Assembly (NCBI RefSeq): GCF_963921235.1
Contig: NC_086097.1
Span: forward strand, 158,102,001 to 158,166,000
Direction: 5' to 3'
Length of the DNA stretch: 64,000 nt
DNA from: Mobula hypostoma
Taxonomy: Eukaryota
Below, piece after piece: positions 25,090 through 38,382 of this stretch (position 1 is the first letter of the stretch; the number at the start of each line of letters is the position of its first letter). The position numbers and the translations under genes are program-made. A model generated the notes under the pieces. The model searched no databases, had not been told where the DNA came from, and was given only the letters and a program-made list of their open reading frames with translations.

Positions 25090-28050
25090 GGTGTCCTGAG
25101 GAGAGATTTTAGGTAGAAAGCTGAAAAACAGGACCTGAAGGGTAGTAATCTCTGTTTGCTGCCTGTGCTACATGCCACTGAGGGTAAGAATAGGATGAAC
25201 TGGCAGATTCATGGGTCTCTGGGACCTCTTTAGGGGAAGATACAACCTGTACAAAAGGGTCGGGTTACACCTGAGCCCAAGGGGGTCCAATATCCCTGCT
25301 AGAGTTGTTGGAGAAGGTTTAAACTAATTTGGCAAGATATGGAACTGGAGTGAAATGCTGAGGATGAGGTAGTTGGGTTATAAACAGAGGCAACATATAG
25401 TGAGACTCCTAGCAAGAAGAGGCTGATGACAGGGCAAAACTGCAGTCAACACGATGAGCTATCATGTAAAATGCGGACAAAATCGAATAGGGTGAATACA
25501 GGACTGAAGGTGTTATACTTGAATGTGCACAGTATATAGAATAAGGTAGATGAACTTGTTGCAGGTTGGCATGTGTGATGTTGTAGGCATCACTAAATCA
25601 CGGCTAAAAGTAGATTAGAGCTGGGAGCTTAATATCCAAGGATACACATTGTATCAAAAGCATAGGCAAGAAGGCAGAGGGGCAGCATTTCTCTGTTGGT
25701 AAAAATATGAAATCAAATCATTAGAAGGGTGAATTAGGGTTGGAAGGTGTTGAACCATTATGGATAAAACTAAGGAACTATAAGGGTAAAAGACCCTGAT
25801 GGGAGTTGTACACAGACCTCCAAACAGTATTAAGGATGTAGTCTACAAATTACAATGGGAGAGAGTAAATAAATGCTGAAAGGGCAATGTTACAATAGTC
25901 ATGGGTTTCAATATGTAGGTAGATTGGGAAAATCAGGTTGGTGCTGGACCCCAATAGGGAGAATTTCTAGAACGCCTACAAGATGGCTTTTTAGAGATGC
26001 TTGTGGATGAGCCCATTAGAGCAGTGGTCCCCAGCCACTGGGCTGCGGACCAGTACCGGGTCGCAAAGCATGCGCTACCAGGCCATGAGGAAACAATATG
26101 ATCTGGCGATATGAAACGATATGAACCAGTTGCACCTTTCCTCATTCCCTGTCACGCACTGTTGAACTTGAACACTGGTCCACAAGAATATTGTCAATAT
26201 TAAACCAGTCCGCGGTGCAAAAAAGTTTGAGGACCCCCGCATTAGAGTATCAGCAAGTCTGGATGGGCTGTTGTGCAATGAACTGGAATTGATTATAGTC
26301 ATAGTCATAGTCATAGTCATACTTTATTGATCCCGGGGGAAATTGGTTTAAGGTAAAAGTATCCTTAGGGGAAAGTGATCATATGACTGAATTCACACTG
26401 AAATTTCAGAAGAAGAAGCTAAAGTCAGATGCACCAGTGTTACAGTGGAGTAAAGGGAATTACAGAGGCATGTGAGAGGATTTGACTGGAATTGATTCAA
26501 AAAGAACACTGGCGGGGATGACGGCAGAGCAGCAATGGCTGGAATTTCTGGAAGGAATTCAGAAGACACAGGATATATATTCCAAAGAGGAACAAGTATT
26601 TTAAAGGCAAGATGACACAACTGTGACTAACAAGAAAAGTCAAAGTCAACATAAAGCCAAAGAAAGGGCATATAACAGAGCAAAAATTAGTGGCAAGTTA
26701 GAGGATTCGGAAGCTTTTAAAAATCAACACAAGGCAACTAAAAAAATCAGTAAGAAGGTAAAGATGGAATATGAAAGTAAGCTAGCCAATAGTATTGAAG
26801 AGGAAACCAGTTTCAGCAAATACATAAAGTGCAAGAGAGTGGTGGGCGTTGATATCGGACTGCTGGAAAACTATGCAGGAGAGGTAGTAATGGGGACAAG
26901 GAAATGGTGGATGAAATGAATAAGTATTATGCATCATTCTTCACTATGGAAGACACTAGCTGTGTGATGGAAGTTCCAGGTGTCAAGGTTCATGAAGTTT
27001 GTGAAGTTACCATAACAATATAGAAGGTTATTGGGAAACTGAAAGGTCTGAAGGTGGATAAGTCACCTGGACCAGATGGTGTACACCACAGAGTTCTGAA
27101 AGAGGTGGCTGAAGAGATTATGAAGGCATTGGTAAAGATCTTTCAAGAATCATTACATTCTGAAATAGTAACAGAATACTGACAAATTGCAGATGTCAAT
27201 CCACTCTTCAAGAAGGGAGAGAGGCAGAAGATAGTTAGTTTGACCTCAGTGGTTGGGAAGATGTTGGAGTCGATTGTTAAGGATATGGTTTCAGGGTACT
27301 TGGAGGCACATGATAAAACAGGCCATATTCAGCATGGGTTCCTCAAGGGAAAATCTTGCCCGACAAATCTGTTGGAATTCTTTAAAGAAGTAACAAGCAG
27401 GATAGACAAAGGAGAACTGGTTGTTGTTGTGTACTTGAATTTCCACAAAGCCTTTGACAAGGTGCCTCACATAAGGCTACTTAACAAATCACGAGTCCAT
27501 GGTATTACAGGAAAGACATTAGCATGGATAAATCAGTGGCTGATTGGCAGGAGGCAAAGAATGGGAATAAAGGAAACCTTTTCTGGTTGGCTGTTGGTGT
27601 AGTGGTATTCAACAGGGGTCTCTGTTGGGACTAATTCTTTTTATGTTATATGTCAATAACTTGGATGATAGAATTGATTGTTTTGTTGCAAAGTTTGCAG
27701 ATGATATGAAGATAGGTGGAGGGATGGGTAGTTTTGAGGAAGTGGAAAGGCTATAGAAGGACTTAGACAGATTAGGAGAATGGGCAAAGAAGTGGCAGAT
27801 GGAATACAGTGTCAGGAAGTGTATGCTCATACACTACAGTAGAAGAAATGAAAGGGGTGACTATTTTCTAAATGGAGAGAAAATACAAAAAACTGAGGTG
27901 GTGCAAAGGGACATGGAAGTTCTTGGGTTCCCTAAAGGTTAAATTGCAGGTTGAGTCTGTAGTGAGGAAGGCAAAGCAATATTAGCATTCATTTCAAGAG
28001 GACTAGAATATAAAAGCAAGGATTTAATGTTGAGACTTCATAAAGCCCTA
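25090..28050 (+). mobile_element. Degenerate CR1 LINE (end of ORF1, EN, RT)
   Basis: LKVLYLN, DKSPGPDG, QHGFLKGKSC, KAFDKVPH and KFADD remnants; carries a MITE and a 55-bp Rex1-type tail insert (about 26295-26349). Confidence 0.9.
26022..26239. mobile_element. hAT (Charlie-like) MITE
   Basis: Termini CAGTGGTCCCC...GAGGACCCCCG (imperfect TIR); perfect 8-bp TSD CATTAGAG (26014-26021, 26240-26247). Confidence 0.9.
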
Positions 28051-30122
28051 CTCATTTCTTTTCAAGATATGCCTACTTTGAAGATATCTCTTCTCTTCAG
28101 TATTAGTACTGCCGGAAACTCACCAAGATATGCTTACTTTAAACATGTTGCTTCTCTTCAATTTGAGTACTGTTAACCTCCACCCTCTTGTTGCTTCCCT
28201 TCTGTAGTTACTACTGCTTCTCTGCTCTTCAACTTTGTTCTTATCAAGCCTGCCAGTTCCCACCTCGCCACTCCCCATTATCTCATTGTATTAACTTACT
28301 CTCCTTTACTCTCTCATTCCTGATGGCAGGTCTTAACATGACTGTCTCTCTGTATACACGGATGCTGCTTGTCCTTCTGAATTGTCCCAGCAGTTTTTTT
28401 TTATTGTTGACTGCTGACATGGATACATAGTCATCATTGCTACTGATAATATCCATGTTCAAGTAATCCGGCTATTGCTGTGAAATGGAACATCCAATGA
28501 ATAAGATTCTAGAGTATCTTCATTCCCCAATCAGCTCAATCTCTCAGCAAAGTATGAGGAAATAGGAATAATTAAATTGTGCAAAAATAATTCTTTTTGG
28601 CAATTGGCCACATTGATTCTATAACTCCCCACTATGCACCATAGCAAGTTACTTTTTAGAGGTACTTTAATAAATAAGACAAATATTAAATAAGCATTAT
28701 CTCCAAGGTGGGTTCTTAGAACAGTTGGAATCTGCCCAGTCTGTTGCCATCATGACCTGAGAATAAATGGAGTGGTATTAATTTGTATACAGTTGATTTT
28801 CAAATAAAAATTAAGAACCCTTAAAGAAAAATAAGGACAGCATTTCTTTAATGAGGAAAAACCAGAGGTACATTACATACTTGATTGCCAGCTCCACACT
28901 TTCTATCTGGCCATATGACAGCCCTCCAAACTCGCTATGGAATTCTACAATTTCAGGTAACTGGCTTTTGTTGACTGTACTAGCGCAAGCCAGGTCAAAC
29001 ATTTGTGAAGTGGGCTCAGTTTTTTCCCTCTCTCCATTGGCACAGCATGACTTGCTGGTATGCCCTGCATTTGGCAACTCTTACATTCTGTTGTTTGCAT
29101 TCCTTCTAACCACCCTCATTTCACAGTTTATTAAAAACATCACATTCTCTCCTTCTCCCTGACTGTTCCCCATTAACCCAATGACCAGATGACTTAATTT
29201 GCAGCTTCAAGTTCAAATTTATTGTCATTCAACCAAACACATGAAGACAGCTAAAGAAAATATAATTTTTCTGGAGTCACAATACATCCTCACACACAAC
29301 ACATATAGTTACGGTCCAGCACATACAAAATACACAAAATAAAATTAGCACATATCCCTAATTGGCATGGCCTGAACCTTGACAGGTTGTCATAAAGTGC
29401 AAAGGGTATGTTTGTGTAAGACAGTATAAGGTCACTGGCACTATCATAATAAACAAGCTGCAGTACAAATATGGAGAGTGACCAATGCAAGATGAGAGTG
29501 TGTTTGTGAGCTGCGGAGTGGGCAGGACACTCAGGCAGGGTGTACCATGTGTGCTGGGTGGCAGCAGTGTGTTAAGAAATCATGCAGCCAGGGGGAAGAA
29601 GCCGTTATCCAGCCTCACAATTCCGGTTCTTCTGATCTGTTACCTTTTGCCTAACGGTAGGACAGGAGGGGTCTTAGACAATGCTGGCGGCACTGCATAT
29701 ACAACACTTCTGATATACGTCCTGAATCGGGGAGGGGGTTAAGAGAGACCCCACTTATCCACGACGTTACCTATCAGATTCTCTTTGTGCCATCCATCTC
29801 CCTCCACCCAACCTACACGTTGGTACTAATTTTTCTGTTTTCCCAGTTCTGAGGGATCTTTGTAACACATACTAAATGCTGGCGAAACTCAGGCAGCATC
29901 TATGGAGGAGAATAAACAGTCGGCATTTCAGGCCGAGACCCTTCATTATGACCTACTCTGATTCTCTTTCCATCGTTCCCTTTCCTTCATACCTTAGCAT
30001 TTCCAGTTATTTCAGGTTTCCATCATCTATAGTTTTTTTCCTTTCATGTTACTGTTTTTCATCAGTTGGAAAGAATATTTTGAAATAACAGCAGCAGGTT
30101 GCTTGCTTTTCTTTCCCTCTAC

Positions 30123-30202
30123 CAGCGGTCCTCAACCTGTTTTATGCTATTCATCCTTACTATTAACCGACGGGTCCGTGGACCCCAGATTGGGAAGCCC
30201 TA
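30123..30202. mobile_element. Small degenerate hAT/Charlie-like MITE
   Basis: CAGCGGTCCTCAACC...GATTGGGAAGCCCTA resemble Charlie/MER5-type TIRs; TSD not clear. Confidence 0.5.
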
Positions 30203-30559
30203 CTTGTTGATATCTGCATGATCAATTCATGCAATTTATCGCACTGCAAAATCTTTACAATGAACATGCTTACTTAACGTCATCAAGCACGACACCTTTC
30301 TAGAAACAGATTCAAGATGCCTATTTCCGAATTGTAAGAGCACACAGAAACTATCCAGTGGTATTCAGGAATATTGACATCAAAGGCTATCACATACTGC
30401 TTCTAAAACTTCAAACATACTTCTTCAATTTCTTATGACACATTATGTACGTGCTCAGTGAGGCACAAACAACAAACATCTCAACCACCTACTAATAGCA
30501 GGCAGAGCAACTCAATAACTGGCTTCGCTCTGCATGTTGGGGAGGATAGTTCCACGAAG

Positions 30560-30660
30560 TGTGCAGTTGCGGTTTGTTTCCTTTCCGTTCCACGCAATTT
30601 GAACTACAAGTCCCGATAGGCATCGCGACATGGGTTTGATCCTTGTACACGTGACGTTTG
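30560..30660 (+). promoter_or_regulatory. Housekeeping-type promoter
   Basis: Local CpG enrichment in non-repetitive DNA; ACTACAAGTCCC (ZNF143/THAP11-type ACTACAnnTCCC, 30603-30614), TCGCGA (30623-30628), CACGTGAC E-box (30648-30655). Confidence 0.7.
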
Positions 30661-30715
30661 GGGTTTGCAGCTGGTTGTTTCTGCGGACTTACAACATCCA
30701 GTCACCGCGGGGCAG
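30656..30715 (+). other. Putative non-coding first exon (start uncertain)
   Basis: Strong donor CAG|GTAATT at 30715/30716 just after the promoter motifs; AT-rich intron-like sequence follows. Confidence 0.6.
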
Positions 30716-32174
30716 GTAATTGTTTTGTTTTATATGGTTGCTAGAATAGAAACGGACTTCTTTGTGCATATGTGATATGAATTGTAAATGTTTATTGCAT
30801 AATTCCATATGATATGTTTATTCAGGAATCAATGACCCTCTGTATTTAAATCCTTTTCCGTATATAAAAACAGTATTTTTGACGTGTATGCAAAAAGTCA
30901 GAAAACGCAATCTGATGCTTGAAATTAATCAGCCATAATAGTTTGGATTGTCCCAGGCGAGCTTTCCATAGAAAAGGGGTGGGAATGCAAACTACCACTC
31001 TCTCTTTGATCTGTGGCGGTACTTTGTACGCACCACCTTATGTTTAAAAAGGACCTCTTCACAAGCAGTTAATATTAACCATAATATCGTGTTAGATTAA
31101 TAGTGTTTTTAGAGCAGGTTTCAATATCCATGGTTTGGAAATGATTGATGAGATCTATGTACACTCAGGGCTAACACAGTTGAAAGCCTTGTTTGATAAC
31201 TGCAAGTAAATCTAATTGCTGTTAATCGCTAGTATTTTTTGATGGATATTGAATCTGTCAGACCTTTTTCTAAGTAATCATTTAGAGTTAAGTTCACACT
31301 TAAAGGTTTTTGTCTCCAATTTACTTCCCATGAGTTGACAGTGTAAAATGGAAGTAAATAAATAATTCTGAAACTTCCAACGCTGTCTTGTCGGTCTTAC
31401 ATGTGATAGTCCTATGATCCAGTAAAGATTGAATTATTGTGAATTACTGCATCATTTGTCAAATCCTATGTTATGTTTTGACTGAAGTATTTTAATGAAG
31501 GTTCAGTTTAAAATAGTTTTGAATACGTTTATTTTCATTTACTTTTTCTTTGTCTTTAAACATAGACATAAAAGTAATATATGCACATACATGGCTCTCA
31601 GCCTAAAAATAAAAAAAAATATGTTTTGTCTTTTAAAGAAAAAAAATCAAGCTGAAAATCTGGTCAATTGAAAGTAGAATGGTGAAATTGTTTAGCACTT
31701 TCCAATTTCCACCCTTCTGCTAAAGTTAACATGTTTTCCAATCAATCATTCTTTGTGCATGGTAGAAAGCTTCAGTTTAGAGCACTGCATACCACTCCAG
31801 TCCTCAAGTAATGTGACTCACTGAAAAGAATGTTCTGTGAGATTTGCTAACAACATAATGGGAATATGCTGATTGCACACATATCCCCAAGTCACTTATT
31901 GTCCATTTAAAATTTCTTAATTGCACTAAAGAAGCTAGTTGGCTGCTTTAATTGTGAGATGATGATGCAGAAACTACTTAATAGACTTCAGTTATCTTTG
32001 AAACCATATAACTTTTTGAAACTTAGATTTCCATAATGCTTATGGTACAAATACATTTTGTAATATGTCATCATGTGTAAGTAATTGGATGCCATACCAC
32101 AGCAGGGTAAAGAGATAATTGAGGCAGAGTCAGTTATGTGCATCTGGATCTGATATGATAATGAAGTGGGAATG

Positions 32175-33000
32175 GTAGACATCCCACCTTTCCCGGAAGT
32201 TCCGGGAGTCTCCTGCATATTGATAGTGGCTCCCTGACGCCCGCAAATTATATACAATATCCCAGAAATCAATTTTTTTGAGAGTGAGCGAGGGGGGAGA
32301 GTGGGAGGGGGAGGGGAGAGAGAGAGGGAGGGGGAGAGGGAGAGAGAGAAAGAGAGAGAGACAATCCTGATTGGTCTCTCTTTGTGCTAAGTAGACCTAT
32401 CCGTTTTCTCTGTGGGTGGGCTTTACAGTTGACCCTCTCTCTCTTTCATTGTCCATCAGTTCAGTTTAGTGTCCTGCAGCACCATGGCAGAGTGTTCCAA
32501 AAAGAGAAAATATAAAACGTACATCACCCCAGCCTATACTAAAGTATACCCCTGCCTAATAGGGGTCAAACATAATGACAGTGTTGCTTGCTGCACTGTT
32601 TGCAACAGTGACTTTTCTATTGCCCATGGTGGGTTAGATGACTGTAAAAGACATGTTGAGGTGAGTTTAACAGGTGTCATTCATTTATTAGCATAGCTAA
32701 TGTTATTTCAACTGGCTGGCTAGCTGCTAAGGAGCTACTCTATTGATGTCCTACGTGATGAAGCCAAACTCCCTGTAGACTTGCTTAAAGTTGTAATAGA
32801 ATAAAAAAAGACTTAATGATAATATAATATAATTGTGAATCTTGTGAATCTGATGTCTTGCAAAATTAACAAATTCATTGACACAGACTGCTATGAAGTT
32901 GAGACTGTCGGCAAAATGCTCAAATCTGCCAAGCAAGCCACATCACAGTACAAGGAAAGTTTGCAAAAGAAATAGAAAAGCTATTTGCATTAGCATTTAG
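32175..33000 (+). mobile_element. Internally deleted hAT-superfamily DNA transposon with BED zinc-finger exon
   Basis: Subterminal CCCGG/CCGGGA motifs; ORF 32484-32660 CTVCNSDFSIAHGGLDDCKRHVE (BED-type finger) ends at GAG|GTGAGT; transposase-like C-terminus MLKSAKQATSQYKESLQKK* near 32916-32975. Confidence 0.75.
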
Positions 33001-33049
33001 CTATTAGCATTGAGACTGCTAACAACATTGCGGCCAAAAAGTTCTATTC

Positions 33050-33310
33050 AAAAGGTTCAAAGGAACATCTAAACAAGCCTGATGCATTTTGGAAACAAGT
33101 CCTGTGGACTGATGAAGTTAAAATAGAACTTTTGGGCCGCAATGAGTAAAGGTATGTTTGGAGAAAAAAGGGTGCAGAATTTCATGGAAAGAACCCCTCT
33201 CCAACTGTTAAGCTCGGGGGTGGACCAATCATGCTTTGGACTTGTGTTACAGCCAGTGGCACGGGGAACATTTACTGGTAGAGGGAAGAATGAATTAAGT
33301 GAAATACCAG
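33050..33310 (+). mobile_element. Tc1/mariner transposase fragment
   Basis: HLNKPDAFWKQVLWTDEVKIELLG...PTVK.GGG.IMLW.C (first D of the DDE triad). Confidence 0.85.
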
Positions 33311-36300
33311 CAAGTTTAGTGGTGTGCTCTTTATGTGAGATGTGGGAACTCTGAAAGACTGAAGGTCTCCCTGATAACTATATCAGTATGTGAGTGCATT
33401 GAGCTGTAGCTCCTTAGAGACTGTGTTAAGGAACTGGAGCTGCAGCTGGATGACCCTTGGCTCATATGGGAGAATGAGGAGGTGATAGATTGGATTGGAG
33501 CTACAGGAGCTAGGTACTTGGGTGGCTGTCAGGAGAGAGAAAGGGAAGCCATTGCAGAGTACCCCTGTGGCCATATTCCTCCATAAGTATACTGTTGGAG
33601 GGTGGTGAGATGACCTACCCTGGGAAGGCACAGTGTCAGGATCTCTGATACTGAGTCTGGCTCTGTGGTTCAGAAACGTACTGGTAAGCGTAAAGATTGG
33701 TTGATTTGGCAGATGAATGTGTGGCTGAGGAATTAGTGTGGGGTGGGGGGAAGGTTTCAGATTTCCGAATCATTAAGATCTCCTCTGGGCAAGGCATGAC
33801 CTGTACAAAAAGGATGGGTTTCACTGGAGCTGATTGGGACCAATGGAGTTATGGATTGGTTTGCTAAATCTGTGGGGAGGATTTAAAGTAATATGACAGG
33901 GGATGGGAAACTCAGTAATAGGGCTGAGAATAAGGCAAATTGTATACAACAAGATGCAGTGGGTAGTGACACTATAAGGAATGATAGGCAGATGATGGGG
34001 CAAAATTGCAGTCAGTTGGATGAGTAAACTTGTAACTGGGATCCAAAATCAAAAAGGGTGAAGAATACAGGACTGAAAGTGGTTTGTCTGAATGCATGCA
34101 GTATACAGAATAAGGTAGATTATCTTGCAGTGCTGTTAAAGATTGGCAGGTATGATGTTGTGGGCATTTGAGTCATGGCTAAAGGAAGATCATAGTTAGG
34201 AGCTTAACATTCAAGGGTGCACATTGTCTCTAAGAAAGGTGGGTGGGTAGTTCTGCTGGTAAAAATGAATTCAAATCCTCGGAGGTGACGTAGGATCGGA
34301 AGGTGTTGAATCCTTGTGGGTAGACCTAAGAAACTGCAAGGGTAAGAATTCCCTGATGGAAGTTACATACAGGCTTCTGAACGTTAGGTAAGATGTGAGA
34401 TGCAAATTACAACGAGGGATAGAAAAGGAATGTACAAAGGACAATGTTTTGATAGTCATGGGGAATTTCAATTTGCAGGTACGTTGGAAAAATCAGGTTA
34501 GTGCTCTATCCCAAGAGAGAAAATTTGTAGAATACCTGCACGATGGCTTTTTAGAGCAGCTTGTGTTGAGCCTACTAGGGGAAATGCAATGCTAGATTGG
34601 TTGTTGTGTAATCAATCTGATTTGAATAGGGAGCTTAAAGTAAAGGACAATTAGGGGAGCAGTTGCCACATGATAGGATTTCCCCTGCAGTTTGAAGGGA
34701 GGTGCTAAAGTCAGATGTGTCATTATTGCTGTGGAGTAAAGGGAATTACCGAGGCATGAGAGAGGAGCTGGCCAAAGTTGGTCGGAAGAGGACACTAGCA
34801 GGAATGGCAGGAGAACAGCAATTGCTGGAGTTTCTGGGTTCAATTCGGAACGTACAGGGATAGATACATCCCATAGATGATGAAGTATTCCAAAGGGGGA
34901 TGAGGCAACAGGGCTGATAAGGGAATTCAGTTGTGACCATAAAAGCAAAAGAGAGGGCATATAGTATAGCCAAAATTAGTTGGAGGGTATAGGATTGGGA
35001 AGCTTTTAAACCCCAACATAAGACAACTAAAAAAGCCATAAGGAAATTAAAATAAAATATGAAGGTAAGCTAGTCAATAATGTAAAATAAGATACTAAAA
35101 GAAAATGATGCCTGAGAGGTGCTGATGAGTGGACGAACTTAATAAGTATTTTGTGTTCGTCTTCACTGTGGAAGACACTAGCAGGTTGCCGTAAGTTTGA
35201 GAGTGTCAGGGGGCAATAGTGAGTGTAGTTGCTATCACCAAGGAAAAGCTGCTTGGGAAGCTGAAGGGTCTGAAGGCAGATAAAGGCAGTTAAAGATATG
35301 TGACTGAAGAGATTGTGGAGACATTAGCAATGATTTTTCAAGAACCACTAGATTCTGGATTGGTTCCAGAGGACTGGAAAATTGCAAATGTCATTCTACT
35401 CTTTAAGAAAGGGAGGGAAGCAGAAGGAAGGAAATTATAGGCCAGTTAGCTTGTCTTCAGTGGTCGGGAAGATGTAGGAGTCCATTTTTAAAGATGATGT
35501 TTTAGGATTATTGGAGTGGTTTTGACTATGAATGAAGTCATCGGTGAGAGATTGAAGCTGGTGATGTAGAAGTCTTTATTCAGCACAACAAGCTGGCATC
35601 ATTCTGGAGACACTCTTGGTAGAGGCTCACAAACCCAAAAATGCATTTAATTTTTATACACATAACAGTGAAGGCAACATCAGGTGATTCAATGACACAA
35701 GACCTTAACACATAGGAGCAGAGTTAGGCAATTTGGCCCATCAAATTTCCTCTGCCATTCCATCATTGCTGATTTATTATCCCTTTTAACCACATTCTAT
35801 TGCCTTCTTCCTGTAACCTTTTGACACAATGATTAATCAATAACCTGTCAACCTCCATTTTAAATATACCTAGTGACTTGCCCTGTATGTTTTTCCTCGT
35901 CTCTGTTCTAAATGGATATCCCTCAATTCTGAGGCTGTGTCATGTGGTCCTATAATCTACCCTGTAGGAAACATCCTCTCCACATCCACTCTATCTGGGC
36001 CTTTTAATCTCATCAATGAGATCCACCCCTCATTCTTCTAATCTCCAGTGAGTACAGGCCCAGTGGCATCAAACGCTTGTTGAATGTTAGTTCTTTTATT
36101 CGTGGGATCATTCTCCTGAATCTCTTCTGGACTGTCTCTGAATACCATTATACCCTTTCTTAGGCGAGGGGCCCAAAACTGCTCACAGTATTCCCAGTGC
36201 AGTCTGACTAATTCCTTATAAAGCCTCAGCATTACATACTTGCTTTTGTGTTCTAGTCCTCTCTAAATGAATGCTAACATTGCATTTGCCTTTCTTACCA

Positions 36301-38382
36301 TCAACTTAACCTGCACGTTAATCTTTAAGGAGCCCTGCCAGATGACTCCCTGGTCCTTTTGCACCTCTGAGTTTTGGATTTTCTCCCCATTTAGAAAATA
36401 GTCAATGTCTTTATGGTCATGCACTTCGGTAGAAGGAATGTACTTCCTGACACAGTATTCCATTTGCCCTTCTTTACCCATTGTTCCAATGTGTCTTAAG
36501 TCTTTCTGCAGACACACTGCATCCTCAATACTGCCTGTGCCTGTACCTCCACCTCCCTTTGTGTCAGCCACAAAGCCATAAATTCCTTCATCCAAATCAA
36601 TGACTGTAACGTGAAAAGAAGTGATCCCAACTCTAACCCCTGTGGCACACCACTAGTCACCAGTAGCTAATCAGAGAAGGCCCCCTTTATTCCCACTTTT
36701 TGCCTCCTTCCAGCTAATCAACCCATGCTAGAATCTTCTCTATAATATCATGGGCTCTTATCTTGTTAAGCAGCCAATTGTGCCCATGACAATGGCCTTC
36801 AGAAAATCCAAATAGATAATATCCATTGACTCTCCTTTGACTATCCTGCTGTAATTTCCTTAAAGAATTTCAACAGATTGTCAGGCAAGATTTCCCTTTC
36901 AGAAGGCCATTCTATTTTTGGCCTATTTTGTTATGTGCCTCCAGGTGATCAGAAAAATCATCCTTATTAATAGACACCAACACTTTTACAACCATTGAAG
37001 TCAGACTCACTAGTCTATAACTTCCTTTCTTCTGCTTCCCTCCCCAGTGACATTGACAATTTTCCAGTCCTCTGCAACCATTCCAGAATCTAATGATTCT
37101 TGAAAGATCATTACTAGTGCCTGCACAATCTTTTCAATTATCTCTTTCAGAACCCTGGGTTGTACTCCATCTGGTCCAGGTGACATCTATGTTCAGACTT
37201 TTCAGCTTCTTGAGCATCATCTTAGCAATAGCAACAAAACTTACTTCTATCCTGACCCTCTCACATTTTGGCAATCTGCTAGTGTCTTCCACAATGAAGA
37301 CAGACGCAAAATACTTGAGCTCGTCCACCATTTCACTGTCCCCTATTACTACCTCTCCAGCATCATATTCCAGCAGTGTGATACCACTCACCTCTTTTTT
37401 TATTAACTGTTTATAGATCTGAATTTTTCTTTGTTCTCATATTATTGGCTAGCTTACCCTCATATTTAATCTTTTCTCTCTTTATGGCTTTTTTAGTTGT
37501 TTTGGTGTTGCTTTTTAAAAGCTTCCAAATCCTCTACCTTCTCACTAATTTTTGCTATATTAGATTTCCTCTCTAGTTCTTTTATGATGTCTTTGAGTTC
37601 CCTTGTCAGACATGCTTGCCTCATCCTCCCTTCAGAATACTTTTTCATCTTTGAGATGTACCTTTCTTGGGCCTTCTGAATTTCTCCCAGAAACACCAGT
37701 CAGTGTTGTTCTGCCATGATTCCTGCTCGTGTCCCTTGCCAGTTGACTTTGGCCAGCTCCCTCTCATGTTTTTCTAATTCTCTTTACTCCATTATAGTAC
37801 CATTGCAGCTAGTTTTAGCTTCCCTTTCTCAAACTGCAGGGTGAAATCGATCATATTATGATCACTGCTTCCTAAGGATTCCTTGACCTTAAACACGCTA
37901 ATCTAATCTGGGTGATAATATAACATCCAATCCAGAATTGTTGGTCCCCTCGTTGACTCAAGCACAAGTTGCTCTGAAAAGCTGTCCCATAGCATTCTAC
38001 AAATTCCCTGATTTTCTCAAAGTACTTGCATATTGAAATCACCCATTGTTTATTGCAACATTGCTCTTTCGAGATGCCTTCTCTGTCTCCTGTTGTAATA
38101 TGCATACTATATCCTAGCTACTGATCTGAGGTGTGTATATAACTCGAATCAGGATCTTTTTACCCTTGCAGTTTCTTAACTCTACCCACAAGGATTCAAC
38201 ACCTTCTGATTCTGTGTGACCTCTTTCTGACGATATGAATTAATTTTTTTACCAACAGAGCCACCCCACCCCTCTGCTTACCTGCCTTTCCTTCGAGGCA
38301 GTGTTTATCCTTGAATGTTAAACTCCCAGCCATGATTCAGATGCTCAAAATGTTTCTGCCGATCTCTAAACTGCGCTACAAG

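Noticed and set aside
26295..26349. (ATAGTC)n short array as CRISPR-like or telomere-like repeat
   Set aside because: It is the tandem 3' tail of a Rex1/Babar element, identical in type to that at about 40955.
29915..29952. Additional hammerhead copies (also about 14430-14495, 17450, 28320, 61555)
   Set aside because: The catalytic core (CUGANGA or GAAA) is mutated in each.
32281..32361. Purine-only G/A tract as a functional G4 or triplex element
   Set aside because: A simple repeat inside a hAT element, with no evidence of function.
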